Shown here: in pieces, positions 9,242-19,050 of the stretch
Layout: each line of letters starts with the position of its first letter
Numbering within the stretch: position 1 is the first letter of the stretch
Assembly: GCA_030750975.1 (NCBI GenBank)
Contig: JASMHC010000013.1
Coordinates: 61,262-125,261 of the forward strand
Reading direction: 5' to 3'
From: Paracoccaceae bacterium
GTDB lineage: Bacteria > Pseudomonadota > Alphaproteobacteria > Rhodobacterales > Rhodobacteraceae
DNA: 64,000 nucleotides
Notes under the pieces: generated by a model
What the model was told of the DNA's origin: nothing
Database searches by the model: none
What the model saw: the letters and a program-made list of their open reading frames with translations, nothing else
Translations under genes and position numbers: made by a program

Positions 9242-12200
9242 ATGAGCCGTTTCGCCGCCCCGATTGCCGAGCAGATTTGGGATATGAAATACCGTTTCAA
9301 ACAAGCGGACGGCACCCCTTTGGATCAAACGGTCGAGGATACCTGGCGGCGGATTGCCCGGTCTTTGGCCGTGGTCGAAAACGACGCCGGACTGTGGGAA
9401 GAAAAGTTCTATCACGCGCTTGAAGATTTCAAATTCCTGCCCGCGGGCCGGATCACCGCAGGGGCGGGCACCGACCGCCGTGTGACCCTGTTCAACTGTT
9501 TTGTCATGGGCACGATCCCCGACAGCATGGGCGGAATTTTCGACATGTTGAAAGAGGCCGCTTTGACCATGCAGCAAGGTGGCGGGATCGGCTATGATTT
9601 CTCGACCATCCGCCCCAAGGGCGCGGATGTGATGGGGGTTGCGGCGGATGCCTCGGGGCCTTTGTCGTTCATGGACGTGTGGGACGCGATGTGCCGCACG
9701 ATCATGTCGGCGGGCAGCCGTCGCGGGGCGATGATGGCGACGATGCGCTGTGACCACCCCGATATCGAGGATTTCATCACCGCCAAATCCGATGCCGCGC
9801 GTTTGCGGATGTTCAACGTCTCGGTTCTGGTGACGGATGCCTTCATGGAAGCGGTGAAAGCCGACGGCCCGTGGGAGCTTGAGTTCGGCGGCAAGGTTTA
9901 CCACACGGTCAATGCCCGCGATCTGTGGAACAGGATCATGCAGTCAACCTATGACTACGCCGAACCGGGGGTGATCTTCATCGACCGGATCAACGCGGCG
10001 AACAACCTAGGCTATGTTGAAACCATCGCGGCGACCAATCCTTGTGTGACGGCCGAAACCTGGGTGCAAACCGACAAAGGGGCACGGCAAGTTTCCGACC
10101 TGATCGGCGTTCCGTTCACGGCCATGGTCGATGGCAAGCCATTTGCCAGCGGGGTTCAGGGTTTTTTCCACACAGGTCACAAATCTGTAAAACGCCTGCG
10201 AACAAAATGCGGACGCGAGCTTTGCTTGACACCAGATCACAAGGTCCGCCGCGTCGTGCGGCAAACCCGGTGGCGGGTTGAAACCGAATGGCAACCTGCT
10301 AACAGGCTTTTTGCAGGGGATTGGGTGGTTCTGCACGACCACAAACCGGCGGATATTCCCGTGCAGAAAGGCGATGAGCTGGGCTATCTGCTTGGTTTGC
10401 TGATCGGCGATGGCGTGATCCGCGATGATAAAACGCTTTTGTCTGTGTGGCCCAACAAGATGCAGGTGAATGGTGCGCACCAAGGCTCGGCCGTCATGGA
10501 CGAAGTAGAGAACCTGCTGAAGGCGCTTCCGCACCGGTCTGATTTTCGCGGTTGGCAAGCGGTTGCGGGACGTGGCGAATATCGTATCGGCACGGCGGCA
10601 CTTACCGGGCTTGCGCGGCAATACGGAATGCGCCGAGGGCACAAGACCCTGACGCCGGAGATCGAGAAAGCAACGCCGGAGTTCTCGGCCAGCGTATTGC
10701 GTGGGTTGTTTGATGCGGATGGTTCCGTACAGGGAAGCCAGCAAAAGGGCGTGTCTGTGCGATTGGCGCAAAGCGACGCCGAGATGTTGCAGGCGGCCCA
10801 GCGGATGTTGGCGCGATTGGGCATAAACAGCACGCTGTATCGAAATCGGCGCCGTCAGGGTGTGTCTGCTTTGCCTGACGGCAAGGGCGGGTATCAGGAC
10901 TATGACATCAAGGCCCAGCACGAACTGGTTATTTCGGGCGACAACCTGATCCGGTTTGATGCGGTTGTCGGTTTCACGGATAGCGACAAATCCAATGCTT
11001 TGAAGGAACGGCTGGCCGGCTATCGCCGTGCTCTGAACCGTGATCGGTTTGTTGCCCAGATCGAGGCGATCGAGGATGGCGGCACCGAGGACGTGTACGA
11101 TGTTCAGGTGCCGGGGGTGAATGCTTTTGATGCCAATGGCCTCTACGTTCATAACTGCGGCGAACAGCCCTTGCCGCCCTATGGCGCTTGCTTGCTGGGG
11201 TCGGTCAACCTTGCGCGTCTGGTGAAAAACCCGTTTGAGGCGGATGCGGACCTTGACCCTGCGGCGCTGAACGATCTGGTCGCCACGGCGATCCGGATGA
11301 TGGACAACGTGGTGGATGCGTCCAAGTTCCCGCTGCCTCAGCAGGAACAAGAGGCCCAAGCCAAGCGCCGCATCGGGCTGGGTGTCACAGGGTTGGCGGA
11401 TGCGTTGCTGATGACGGGCTTGGAATATGGCACCGATGAAGCGGCCGCGAAAACCGAGGAATGGATGAAGGCGATTGCGCGGGCGTCCTATCTGGCGTCG
11501 GTGGAGCTGGCCAGGGAAAAAGGGGCGTTTCCGCTGTTTGACGCCGAACCCTATCTATCCTCCGGTAACATGGCGCAGATGGATGATGACGTCCGCGAGG
11601 CGATCCGCGAACACGGCATTCGCAACGCACTGCTGACCTCGGTCGCTCCAACTGGGACGATCAGCCTTTATGCGGGCAATGTCTCAAGCGGCATCGAACC
11701 GGTGTTTGCCTATGCTTACACACGCAAAGTGCTGCAAAAAGACGGGTCGCGCACCGAGGAAGAGGTGGTTGATTATGCCGTCCAAATGTGGCGCGACAAG
11801 TTTGGCGATGCGCCCTTGCCCGAGTATTTCGTCAATGCCCAGACGCTTTCGCCCAGTGCCCATGTGAAAATGCAGGCGGCGGCGCAGAGATGGATCGACT
11901 CGTCAATTTCGAAAACCATCAACTGCCCCGAGGACATCAGTTTTGACGATTTCAAGGATGTCTACATGCAGGCATGGGACACGGGCTGCAAAGGCTGCAC
12001 CACCTATCGCCCCAACGACGTGACGGGCAGCGTACTCAGCGTCAGCGAAGAAAAATCCGCCCCCGAAGTGGTGGCCAAGGATGATGACGAACCGATGCAG
12101 CCGCATGGCGATGTGATTTACATGAGCGAACCTCTGGATCGGCCCCAGTCGCTGGAAGGGTCGACCTACAAGCTGAAATGGCCTGACAGCGAACACGCCA

Positions 12201-12649
12201 TCTATCTGACCGTCAACGACATCATCGTCGGCGGGCGTCGGCGGCCGTTTGAGGTGTTCATCAACTCAAAGAACATGGAGCATTACGCCTGGACGCTGGC
12301 GCTGACCCGCATGATCTCGGCGGTGTTCCGGCGGGGCGGGGACGTGTCGTTCGTGGTGGAAGAGTTGAAAGCTGTGTTCGACCCGCGCGGCGGGGCTTGG
12401 GTGCAGGGCAAATACATCCCCTCGATCCTTGCAGCAATCGGCGGCGTGATCGAGCGGCATATGGTGGCGATCGGTTTCCTTGAAGGCGAAGGGCAGGGGC
12501 TGAAGTCAGACCCCAAGGCCGAGGCGATGGCGGTGAACGCTGAAAGCAAACCACGCGGCAAAGCCTGCCCCAGCTGCGGTCAGTTCGACATGCGGATGGT
12601 TGAGGGCTGTATGACCTGCGCCAGCTGCGGGCATTCGAAATGTGGTTAA
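9242..12649 (+). CDS. nrdJ: class II (adenosylcobalamin-dependent) ribonucleotide reductase, intein-containing precursor
   Basis: NrdJ motifs are present. The finger-loop TNP/CGEQPLPPYGACLLGS is split by a 371-aa insert. C-terminal Cys-rich tail CPSCGQFDMRMVEGCMTCASCGHSKCG. Confidence 0.9.
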   Translation: MSRFAAPIAEQIWDMKYRFKQADGTPLDQTVEDTWRRIARSLAVVENDAGLWEEKFYHALEDFKFLPAGRITAGAGTDRRVTLFNCFVMGTIPDSMGGIFDMLKEAALTMQQGGGIGYDFSTIRPKGADVMGVAADASGPLSFMDVWDAMCRTIMSAGSRRGAMMATMRCDHPDIEDFITAKSDAARLRMFNVSVLVTDAFMEAVKADGPWELEFGGKVYHTVNARDLWNRIMQSTYDYAEPGVIFIDRINAANNLGYVETIAATNPCVTAETWVQTDKGARQVSDLIGVPFTAMVDGKPFASGVQGFFHTGHKSVKRLRTKCGRELCLTPDHKVRRVVRQTRWRVETEWQPANRLFAGDWVVLHDHKPADIPVQKGDELGYLLGLLIGDGVIRDDKTLLSVWPNKMQVNGAHQGSAVMDEVENLLKALPHRSDFRGWQAVAGRGEYRIGTAALTGLARQYGMRRGHKTLTPEIEKATPEFSASVLRGLFDADGSVQGSQQKGVSVRLAQSDAEMLQAAQRMLARLGINSTLYRNRRRQGVSALPDGKGGYQDYDIKAQHELVISGDNLIRFDAVVGFTDSDKSNALKERLAGYRRALNRDRFVAQIEAIEDGGTEDVYDVQVPGVNAFDANGLYVHNCGEQPLPPYGACLLGSVNLARLVKNPFEADADLDPAALNDLVATAIRMMDNVVDASKFPLPQQEQEAQAKRRIGLGVTGLADALLMTGLEYGTDEAAAKTEEWMKAIARASYLASVELAREKGAFPLFDAEPYLSSGNMAQMDDDVREAIREHGIRNALLTSVAPTGTISLYAGNVSSGIEPVFAYAYTRKVLQKDGSRTEEEVVDYAVQMWRDKFGDAPLPEYFVNAQTLSPSAHVKMQAAAQRWIDSSISKTINCPEDISFDDFKDVYMQAWDTGCKGCTTYRPNDVTGSVLSVSEEKSAPEVVAKDDDEPMQPHGDVIYMSEPLDRPQSLEGSTYKLKWPDSEHAIYLTVNDIIVGGRRRPFEVFINSKNMEHYAWTLALTRMISAVFRRGGDVSFVVEELKAVFDPRGGAWVQGKYIPSILAAIGGVIERHMVAIGFLEGEGQGLKSDPKAEAMAVNAESKPRGKACPSCGQFDMRMVEGCMTCASCGHSKCG
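10043..11155 (+). mobile_element. intein (371 aa) with LAGLIDADG homing-endonuclease domain, in frame within nrdJ
   Basis: Starts with Cys (CVTAETWVQT). Block B is LTPDH. LAGLIDADG motifs LLGLLIGDGV and LRGLFDADGS. Ends LYVHN, followed by Cys+1. Confidence 0.9.
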
Positions 12650-12808
12650 CCACCCCCTAACCCTTGCGCCCTAAATTTGCCCCAATCTCTGACTACCCTG
12701 CTTTACGGGTGGGTTGTGTCGCGTTTTGCGGCAGGACTGGCTCGATGAATGCAGGTGACGGTCGGCGCGGTGCCGGGCGGGCAGGACAGGCAGGGTTTGA
12801 GGCAGGGA

Positions 12809-13759
12809 ATGAGCATCCGTTTCGCATCAGCGGCTTTGATCGCCATGATTTACGCCTCGTCCGCTTTGGCGGCCCAGGATGTGACCCGCGATGATGAACC
12901 GGCGACCAGCCGGATCAAGCTGGGCTTCGGCGATTTTCTGAACAACGATTTTCTGGGCGACGGGCGTGACCGCTGGCAATCGGCCTCATACGTGGCCAGT
13001 TGGGTGCGCGGTTATGAATGGACAGGCGAGCTGCCGGATAATCCGGGCGATATTCTGGAATACCGCGTTCAGGCGCGGATCATCGCACCCGCGGATGTCG
13101 ACACCCCCGCGGCGGACGACCGGCTTTATGCGACCTCGTATTCGCTGGGGGCCTATACCTATTTCAACTATGGGATTCACGAGGTCAGCCTTGGGGCCGA
13201 TCTGGTTGTGACCGGCGAACAGACCGGCCTTCCGGCCTTTCAAACCGCGCTGCATCAGGAAATCGGCAACAATGTGCCCTCGGCCTCAACCGTCGCTGAC
13301 ATGATCCCCGACGGCCTGTATCCGGGTTTTGTGGTCGAGCTGGGCCGCCCGATGAGCCTGGGTGAAACCACCGAAATCCGCCCCTTTGCCGAGCTTCGGG
13401 CCGGTGACGAAACCCTGATCCGCTCGGGCGTTGATCTGTATCTGGGCGGCATCATCAACAACAACCTGCTGTCGCGCGATCAGGTGACAGGTCAACGTTA
13501 CACCACCGTCAAGGGCGCGGCGGATCCGGGGCTGGGCTTTGTGCTGGGTGGTGATATCGCGCAGATGGGGACCTCGATCTATTTTCCTGATGACCGTGGT
13601 CCCGACATGACGGAAAGCCGTGCAAGATTGCGGGCAGGGGTTCTGTGGCAGGATGACAGAAATTCGGTCTTCACCGGCATGACCTGGCTAAGCGAGGAAT
13701 TCGAAACCCAGCCCGAAGCGCAGATTGTCGGGTCGATCCGTCTGAAATTCGAATTTTGA
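12809..13759 (+). CDS. putative outer-membrane beta-barrel protein (LpxR/DUF2219-like)
   Basis: Signal peptide MSIRFASAALIAMIYASSALA. NNDFLG..DR motif near the N-terminus. C-terminal ...IRLKFEF with terminal Phe, typical of OMPs. Confidence 0.5.
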   Translation: MSIRFASAALIAMIYASSALAAQDVTRDDEPATSRIKLGFGDFLNNDFLGDGRDRWQSASYVASWVRGYEWTGELPDNPGDILEYRVQARIIAPADVDTPAADDRLYATSYSLGAYTYFNYGIHEVSLGADLVVTGEQTGLPAFQTALHQEIGNNVPSASTVADMIPDGLYPGFVVELGRPMSLGETTEIRPFAELRAGDETLIRSGVDLYLGGIINNNLLSRDQVTGQRYTTVKGAADPGLGFVLGGDIAQMGTSIYFPDDRGPDMTESRARLRAGVLWQDDRNSVFTGMTWLSEEFETQPEAQIVGSIRLKFEF

Positions 13760-13846
13760 CCGCCGAAGCGAATCAGGGTCTTCACAGGTTGCGAATCACC
13801 TGATACGATTCTCGTATAAAAATAAACAAGAGGCAGGCATACAGGC

Positions 13847-14914
13847 ATGGGGACGAGCTTTCGTGGCACGTTCGTCATCTCCTGGTCGCAAACTGAAGTG
13901 GACGGTCTGAGGGCCGGAACACTTCAGTCGTTAATGACAGGATCGGTTTGGTCCTGGCGGGGTGAGGCAGTGCGCGTGGATGGTCCGCATGGCGTGCTCA
14001 GCCTGACCGGCGCGATGGGAGAGACAGAAACCCGTGAACGGGCGGCGAAGGCCGTGCGCCGTTTGGTCGGCGCCGCCGTCTCGGGCATGGCCTTGCCTCT
14101 GGAAGAGGTCGACAGCGACATCCCGCGCGATGAAAGCAGCTTTGTCGTCACCGACGGCAAGCGGGCCTATACGATCACCATAATCGAATTGGGCGAAAGC
14201 GGCGCGCGGCTGTTGATGTTTGTCGATTGCATCCCGCCGGCCAATACCGATCTGTGGATCGTCCATCATTCGTTGAAGGAACGCGAAGTCACCCGTCAGG
14301 TGACTGATGCGGGCGGGGTGATCTGTTTTACACCGGGCACGATCGTCGACACGCTTGACGGGCGTATTCCGATTGAACATCTGCAAGAGGGCGATCTGGT
14401 GCTGACCAAGGATAACGGTCCGCAGGAAGTGCAATGGATCGGCCGCCGCCGCATGACCGGTGCGCGTCTGTTTGCCATGCCGCATCTGCGCCCGATCCGT
14501 ATCCGCTCGGAATCGCTGGGCGTGCTGCGGCCGGATCAGGAATTGCTGGTCTCGCCCGAGCACCGGATTTTGCTGCAAGGCCCGCTGGCACGGGCGCTGT
14601 TCAACACGCCCGAGGTGCTGGTTTCCGCGCAGGAACTGGTGAACGGCAAGGATGTGTTCGTGGATCACGCCTTGAAGGAAGTCACCTATATTCACGTTTT
14701 GCTGCCCCGGCACGAAGTGGTCTGGGCCAATAACGTGGAAACCGAAAGCTTCCATCCGGCCAGTGCTTCGCTGAGCACTTTGGATGACAGCGACCGCGAG
14801 CGTCTGCTTTACTGGATGCCCGAGATTGGCCATGATCCGGATTATTACGGCGATCTGGCCCGTCGGGCATTGACCCCGGCAGAAGCGGCCCTTCTAAGCC
14901 AGGGCGTGGCGTGA
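13847..14914 (+). CDS. Hint-domain (bacterial intein-like, BIL) protein with an uncharacterised N-terminal region
   Basis: Hint module from Cys160 (CFTPGTIVDTLDGRIPIEHLQEGDLVLT) to ...HEVVWANNVETESF. No homing-endonuclease domain and no recognisable host enzyme. Confidence 0.75.
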   Translation: MGTSFRGTFVISWSQTEVDGLRAGTLQSLMTGSVWSWRGEAVRVDGPHGVLSLTGAMGETETRERAAKAVRRLVGAAVSGMALPLEEVDSDIPRDESSFVVTDGKRAYTITIIELGESGARLLMFVDCIPPANTDLWIVHHSLKEREVTRQVTDAGGVICFTPGTIVDTLDGRIPIEHLQEGDLVLTKDNGPQEVQWIGRRRMTGARLFAMPHLRPIRIRSESLGVLRPDQELLVSPEHRILLQGPLARALFNTPEVLVSAQELVNGKDVFVDHALKEVTYIHVLLPRHEVVWANNVETESFHPASASLSTLDDSDRERLLYWMPEIGHDPDYYGDLARRALTPAEAALLSQGVA

Positions 14915-14919
14915 TTTTT

Positions 14920-14971
14920 GGGGGCGCTGCCCCCGGCCTTCGGCCTCCCCCGGGATATTTGAAGACAAAAG
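14920..14971 (+). repeat. two-hairpin intergenic repeat, copy A (short form)
   Basis: GGGGGCGCTGCCCCC-GGCCTTCGGCC-T-CCCCCGGGATATTTGAAGACAAAAG. Shares its 5' palindrome and 3' tail with copies at 20007, 42578 (rc) and 53011. Confidence 0.8.
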
Positions 14972-14982
14972 AAACAGGGTTG

Positions 14983-15010
14983 TTGACTCTGGCGGGCGCA
15001 CCGCTATAAG
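14983..15010 (+). promoter_or_regulatory. candidate sigma70-type promoter of rpsD
   Basis: TTGACT (14983-14988), 16-nt spacer, TATAAG (15005-15010), about 160 nt upstream of the rpsD ATG. Confidence 0.35.
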
Positions 15011-15169
15011 CGCGGCTTCATTGGTGTTGGTGGCCCCCGCAAGGGGAATCCTGTCAATCCGGCAAAATCCGGAAAGAGGACAACGCCCTCTCGTGCGCTT
15101 CATCCCGAAAAGTGGGAACCGGTTTTCGGATCAGATGAAGCGACAAACAACTGAAGAGGAGATCAGCAG

Positions 15170-15790
15170 ATGACGAAAAGAACTGCTGCCAAGTACAAAA
15201 TCGACCGCCGGATGGGCGAAAACATCTGGGGCCGTCCGAAATCCCCCGTTAACCGCCGCGAATATGGTCCCGGCCAGCATGGTCAGCGCCGCAAGGGCAA
15301 GCTGTCGGACTTTGGTTTGCAGCTGCGCGCCAAGCAGAAGCTGAAAGGCTATTACGGCGATCTGACCGAAAAGCAATTCAAGCGCATCTTCTCGGAAGCG
15401 GCGCGGGTGAAAGGCGACACCGGCGAAAACCTGATTGGTCTGCTCGAGCGTCGTCTGGACGCGGTCGTTTACCGTGCCAAATTCGTTCCTACCATGTTTG
15501 CCGCGCGTCAGTTCGTGAACCACGGCCATGTCAAGGTGAACGGCCAGCGCGTCAACATTCCGTCCTACCGTGTCAAGGAAGGCGACGTGATCGAAGTGCG
15601 CGACAAGTCAAAGCAACTGACCGTTCTTCTGGAAGCTGTCCAGCTGGCCGAACGCGACGTGCCGGATTACATTGACGCGGATCATTCGAAAATGACCGCC
15701 ACTTTCGTCCGCACCCCCGGCCTGTCGGACGTGCCCTACCCGGTGATGATGGAACCGAACCTCGTTATCGAATACTACGCTCAGAACTAA
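15170..15790 (+). CDS. rpsD: 30S ribosomal protein S4
   Basis: 206 aa with clear S4 sequence ([26 protein letters not shown]..., S4 RNA-binding domain). GAGGAG RBS. Confidence 0.97.
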   Translation: MTKRTAAKYKIDRRMGENIWGRPKSPVNRREYGPGQHGQRRKGKLSDFGLQLRAKQKLKGYYGDLTEKQFKRIFSEAARVKGDTGENLIGLLERRLDAVVYRAKFVPTMFAARQFVNHGHVKVNGQRVNIPSYRVKEGDVIEVRDKSKQLTVLLEAVQLAERDVPDYIDADHSKMTATFVRTPGLSDVPYPVMMEPNLVIEYYAQN

Positions 15791-15801
15791 AGCGTTTCAA
15801 A

Positions 15802-15829
15802 GGGTCGCCGGATTGGCGGCCCTTTTTTC
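15802..15829. terminator. bidirectional rho-independent terminator (rpsD / Lrp-family gene)
   Basis: GGGTCGCC-GGATT-GGCGGCCC stem-loop followed by TTTTTT, located between convergent stops. Confidence 0.6.
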
Positions 15830-15836
15830 TTGCGGG

Positions 15837-16298
15837 CTATAAAGGAAGCGGGCGGTTTTCGGCAATCGCTTCCATGGCGAAATAGCTGGTCACGCTGTCC
15901 AGCTCGACCCCTTCGATCAGCCTCTGATATACCCGATCATAGCTGGCCATATCTTCGGTCACGACTTTCAACTGATAGTCATAATCCCCGCCGATCCGGT
16001 GGAAATCCACGATCTCGGGGATGGTCAGCACATGGCGGCGGAACCTATCAAGCCAGTCTTTTGAATGGTGCCGCGTGCGCAGCATCACAAACACCACCAG
16101 ATCAAGCCCGAGGGCGCGCCGGTCGACAACGGCGCGGGTGCCTTTCAGCACGCCCGAGGCCCGCAGCGCCTGCAAGCGGCGCCAGCAGGCGTTTTGCGAC
16201 AGGCCGACCTGATCGGCCAATTCCCGTTGGCTTTGGGATCCATCCCGGGCAAGGCAGGAAAGGATTTTGCGATCAATATAATCTATATTTTGGGTCAT
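15837..16298 (-). CDS. Lrp/AsnC family transcriptional regulator
   Basis: N-terminal HTH (IDYIDRKILSCLARDGSQSQRELADQVGLSQNACWRRL) plus a C-terminal RAM/AsnC domain. Divergent from the aminotransferase gene. Confidence 0.85.
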   Translation of the reverse strand: MTQNIDYIDRKILSCLARDGSQSQRELADQVGLSQNACWRRLQALRASGVLKGTRAVVDRRALGLDLVVFVMLRTRHHSKDWLDRFRRHVLTIPEIVDFHRIGGDYDYQLKVVTEDMASYDRVYQRLIEGVELDSVTSYFAMEAIAENRPLPL

Positions 16299-16400
16299 TT
16301 TGCAATCATATGACACAAAATTAGGCAGTCAACGTATTAAATAAGTGAAATAATCCCACCAATCAGGGGATATTCTTGGCCAAAGACTAAGGAGACCCCG

Positions 16401-17870
16401 ATGACCCTGGCCAAGTTTCGCGCCCGTATTTCAACCCCGACGGCTTTGAAGGACATTGCCGACGGCGTGATTGGCGAAGGCACCTTGATCCCGGGTGTGC
16501 GGGGGGATGTGCCGCTGGTCTATGCCGATTACGTAGCCTCGGGCCGGGCCTTGCGGCAGGTCGAGGATTTCGTGGCGGAAAGCGTTCTTCCCTATTACGC
16601 CAATTCGCATACCGACGCCTCGTATTGCGGGGGGCGCATGACCGGATTGCGGGCCGAAGCGCGGGCCGAGATCAGGCGACTTGTCGGTGGAACTCGTGAC
16701 CACGAGGTTATTTTTGCGGGCGCTGGCGCAACGGCCGGTCTGAACCGGCTGGTTCATCTTTTGGGGTTGGACAAGACCATTGGCGGGAAAACCAGCCGGA
16801 TTGCGCGGATATTCGGGGCGAAATCCGCGCCAAGGGGCGTGGTGTTCATCGGTCCCTACGAGCATCACTCGAACATTCTTCCCTGGCGCGAAAGCGGCGC
16901 GAAAGTGGTGGAAATCGCCGAAGGCGCCCAAGGCGGGCCGGATCTGGCAGCACTAGAGGCGGCTTTGACGGCCCATGCCGAGTATGACATCAAGGTTGGC
17001 AGCTTTTCGGCGGCCTCGAATGTGACCGGGATCATCACACCAACCGCACCGGTGATTTCGATGCTTAAAAAACACGGCGCGGTGTCGGTCTGGGATTATG
17101 CGGGGGGCGGCCCCTATCTGCCGATCAATATGGCCGAGGGTATGGACGCAATCGTCGTCTCGCCCCACAAATTTCCCGGAGGGCCGGGGGCTTCGGGCGT
17201 TCTGGTGGTGGACCGCCGGGTGGTGCGGGCCACAACCCCCAGCTGGTCGGGCGGCGGCACGGTCGAGTATGTGTCGCCCTGGGGGCATGATTACCTGTCG
17301 GATCTTGCGGCACGCGAAGAAGCGGGCACGCCGAACGTGATTGGCGATATCCGTGCGGCGCTGGCGTTCCTGGTGAAAGAAGCGGTCGGTAACGCGGCGA
17401 TTGAAGCCCGCGAGGCGCGCAGCAATGCAAAAGCGCTGGCGGTCTGGGGGCAGGTTGAAAACCTGCAAATTCTGGGGGCGGATCATCCGCACCGATTGCC
17501 GATATTCTCGATGATCGTGCGGGATCGCACTGGCGCGGTGGTTTCCCCGCAATTGGTCACTCGATTGCTGTCGGATGTTTACGGCATTCAGGCGCGGGGC
17601 GGATGTGCATGCGCGGGACCTTATGGCCATCGTCTGCTTGACATCGGCCGGTCGCAATCGGACAGGATCCGCCAGGCGCTGATCGCCGGAGAGATGGCCG
17701 AAAAGCCGGGCTGGACCCGTTTGAACTTTGGCTACCTGATGTCTGACGAAACGGTGGATTACATCATCGAAAATCTGGCCGACCTTGTCCGAGATATCGA
17801 CAGGTGGATTGCGCTTTACAGCTTTGATCCGGTGACTAAACACTATGTCTGCCGCGAAGCCGCGGCTTAA
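16401..17870 (+). CDS. aminotransferase class V-fold PLP-dependent enzyme (cysteine desulfurase-like)
   Basis: 489 aa with a PLP-lysine context (VVSPHKFPGGPGASGVLVV). AAGGAG RBS. Confidence 0.7.
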   Translation: MTLAKFRARISTPTALKDIADGVIGEGTLIPGVRGDVPLVYADYVASGRALRQVEDFVAESVLPYYANSHTDASYCGGRMTGLRAEARAEIRRLVGGTRDHEVIFAGAGATAGLNRLVHLLGLDKTIGGKTSRIARIFGAKSAPRGVVFIGPYEHHSNILPWRESGAKVVEIAEGAQGGPDLAALEAALTAHAEYDIKVGSFSAASNVTGIITPTAPVISMLKKHGAVSVWDYAGGGPYLPINMAEGMDAIVVSPHKFPGGPGASGVLVVDRRVVRATTPSWSGGGTVEYVSPWGHDYLSDLAAREEAGTPNVIGDIRAALAFLVKEAVGNAAIEAREARSNAKALAVWGQVENLQILGADHPHRLPIFSMIVRDRTGAVVSPQLVTRLLSDVYGIQARGGCACAGPYGHRLLDIGRSQSDRIRQALIAGEMAEKPGWTRLNFGYLMSDETVDYIIENLADLVRDIDRWIALYSFDPVTKHYVCREAAA

Positions 17871-17967
17871 GGGCCGCACTATTCGGGTAAGATCGCTTTG
17901 CGTGTCTTTGTCTCTTCCCGTCCTTTGTTTGTGCGGCTAAGAGATGCGCGACCAAGGAGTTGCGCAA

Positions 17968-19050
17968 ATGAGCAGACCCAAACCACAGCCGGGCATCACC
18001 AATATCGCGCTCTACAAGAGCGGCGAATCCGGTATTCCGGGCGTGTCAGACGTTCTCAAGCTTTCAGCCAATGAAAGCCCCTATGGCCCGTCGGAGAAGG
18101 CAAAAGATGCGTTTTCAAAGACGGTCGCGAATTTGCATCGCTATCCGGCGACCGATCACGCCGGATTGCGGGCGGCGATTGCCGAGGTTCACGGGCTGGA
18201 TGCCGCGCGGATTATCTGCGGGGTCGGGTCGGACGAGGTGTTGCAGTTCATCACCCAATGCTATGCCGGTCCGGGCGATGAGGCGATCTATACCGAGCAC
18301 GGGTTTTCCATGTATCCGATCCTGACCCATGCGGCGGGGGCGACACCGGTTTGCGTGGCCGAAAGCGGGCGGCAGGTGGATGTCGACAAGGTGCTGGCGG
18401 CGATCACCGGCAAAACGCGGATTGTGTTCATCACCAACCCCGGCAACCCGACCGGAACAATGCTTGAAGCGGCGGAACTGGCGCGTCTGGCCAGGGGCGT
18501 GCCGGAAAACGTGCTGCTGGTGCTGGACGGGGCCTATGCGGAATTTGCCGACGGGTTTGATGGCGGGGCGGCATTGGTCGAGGCGCATGACAATGTGCTG
18601 ATGACGCGGACCTTCTCGAAAGCCTATGGGCTGGGCGGGCTGCGGATCGGTTGGGGCTATGGCCCGCAAGCGATCATCGACGTGCTGAACCGTGTGCGCC
18701 AGCCGTTCAACCTGTCACCCACCCAGCTGGCCACCGCCGAAGCGGCGGTGCGTGATCGCGACTGGCTGGACAAGGTTGTCGGCAACAACACAAGGAACCG
18801 TGCCTGGCTGGTGAATGCCCTGCGCGATGCCGGTGTGGAGTGTGACGACAGCCACGCGAATTTCGTGCTGGCCCGTTTCGCGTCAGAGGACGAGGCCGCC
18901 GGATGCGACGCCGCGCTGCGCAAAGACGGGATCATTGTCCGCCGGGTCGGCGGCTATGGCTTTCCTGAGGGCTTGCGGATTACTGTGGGCGATGAAAGCG
19001 CCTGCCGCCGGGTGGTCCATGCGATCGTGCAACATAAAGGAACTCTTTGA
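17968..19050 (+). CDS. hisC: histidinol-phosphate aminotransferase
   Basis: Motifs [45 protein letters not shown] lies 8 nt upstream of ATG 17968. Confidence 0.9.
   Translation: MSRPKPQPGITNIALYKSGESGIPGVSDVLKLSANESPYGPSEKAKDAFSKTVANLHRYPATDHAGLRAAIAEVHGLDAARIICGVGSDEVLQFITQCYAGPGDEAIYTEHGFSMYPILTHAAGATPVCVAESGRQVDVDKVLAAITGKTRIVFITNPGNPTGTMLEAAELARLARGVPENVLLVLDGAYAEFADGFDGGAALVEAHDNVLMTRTFSKAYGLGGLRIGWGYGPQAIIDVLNRVRQPFNLSPTQLATAEAAVRDRDWLDKVVGNNTRNRAWLVNALRDAGVECDDSHANFVLARFASEDEAAGCDAALRKDGIIVRRVGGYGFPEGLRITVGDESACRRVVHAIVQHKGTL

Noticed and set aside
10007-11359. 450-aa ORF antisense to the nrdJ intein region; similar long antisense ORFs at 1488-2528, 22074-23000, 24035-25147, 49512-50723 and 39276-40238
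   Set aside because: All overlap strongly supported genes on the other strand and show no recognisable motifs. Treated as high-GC artefacts.
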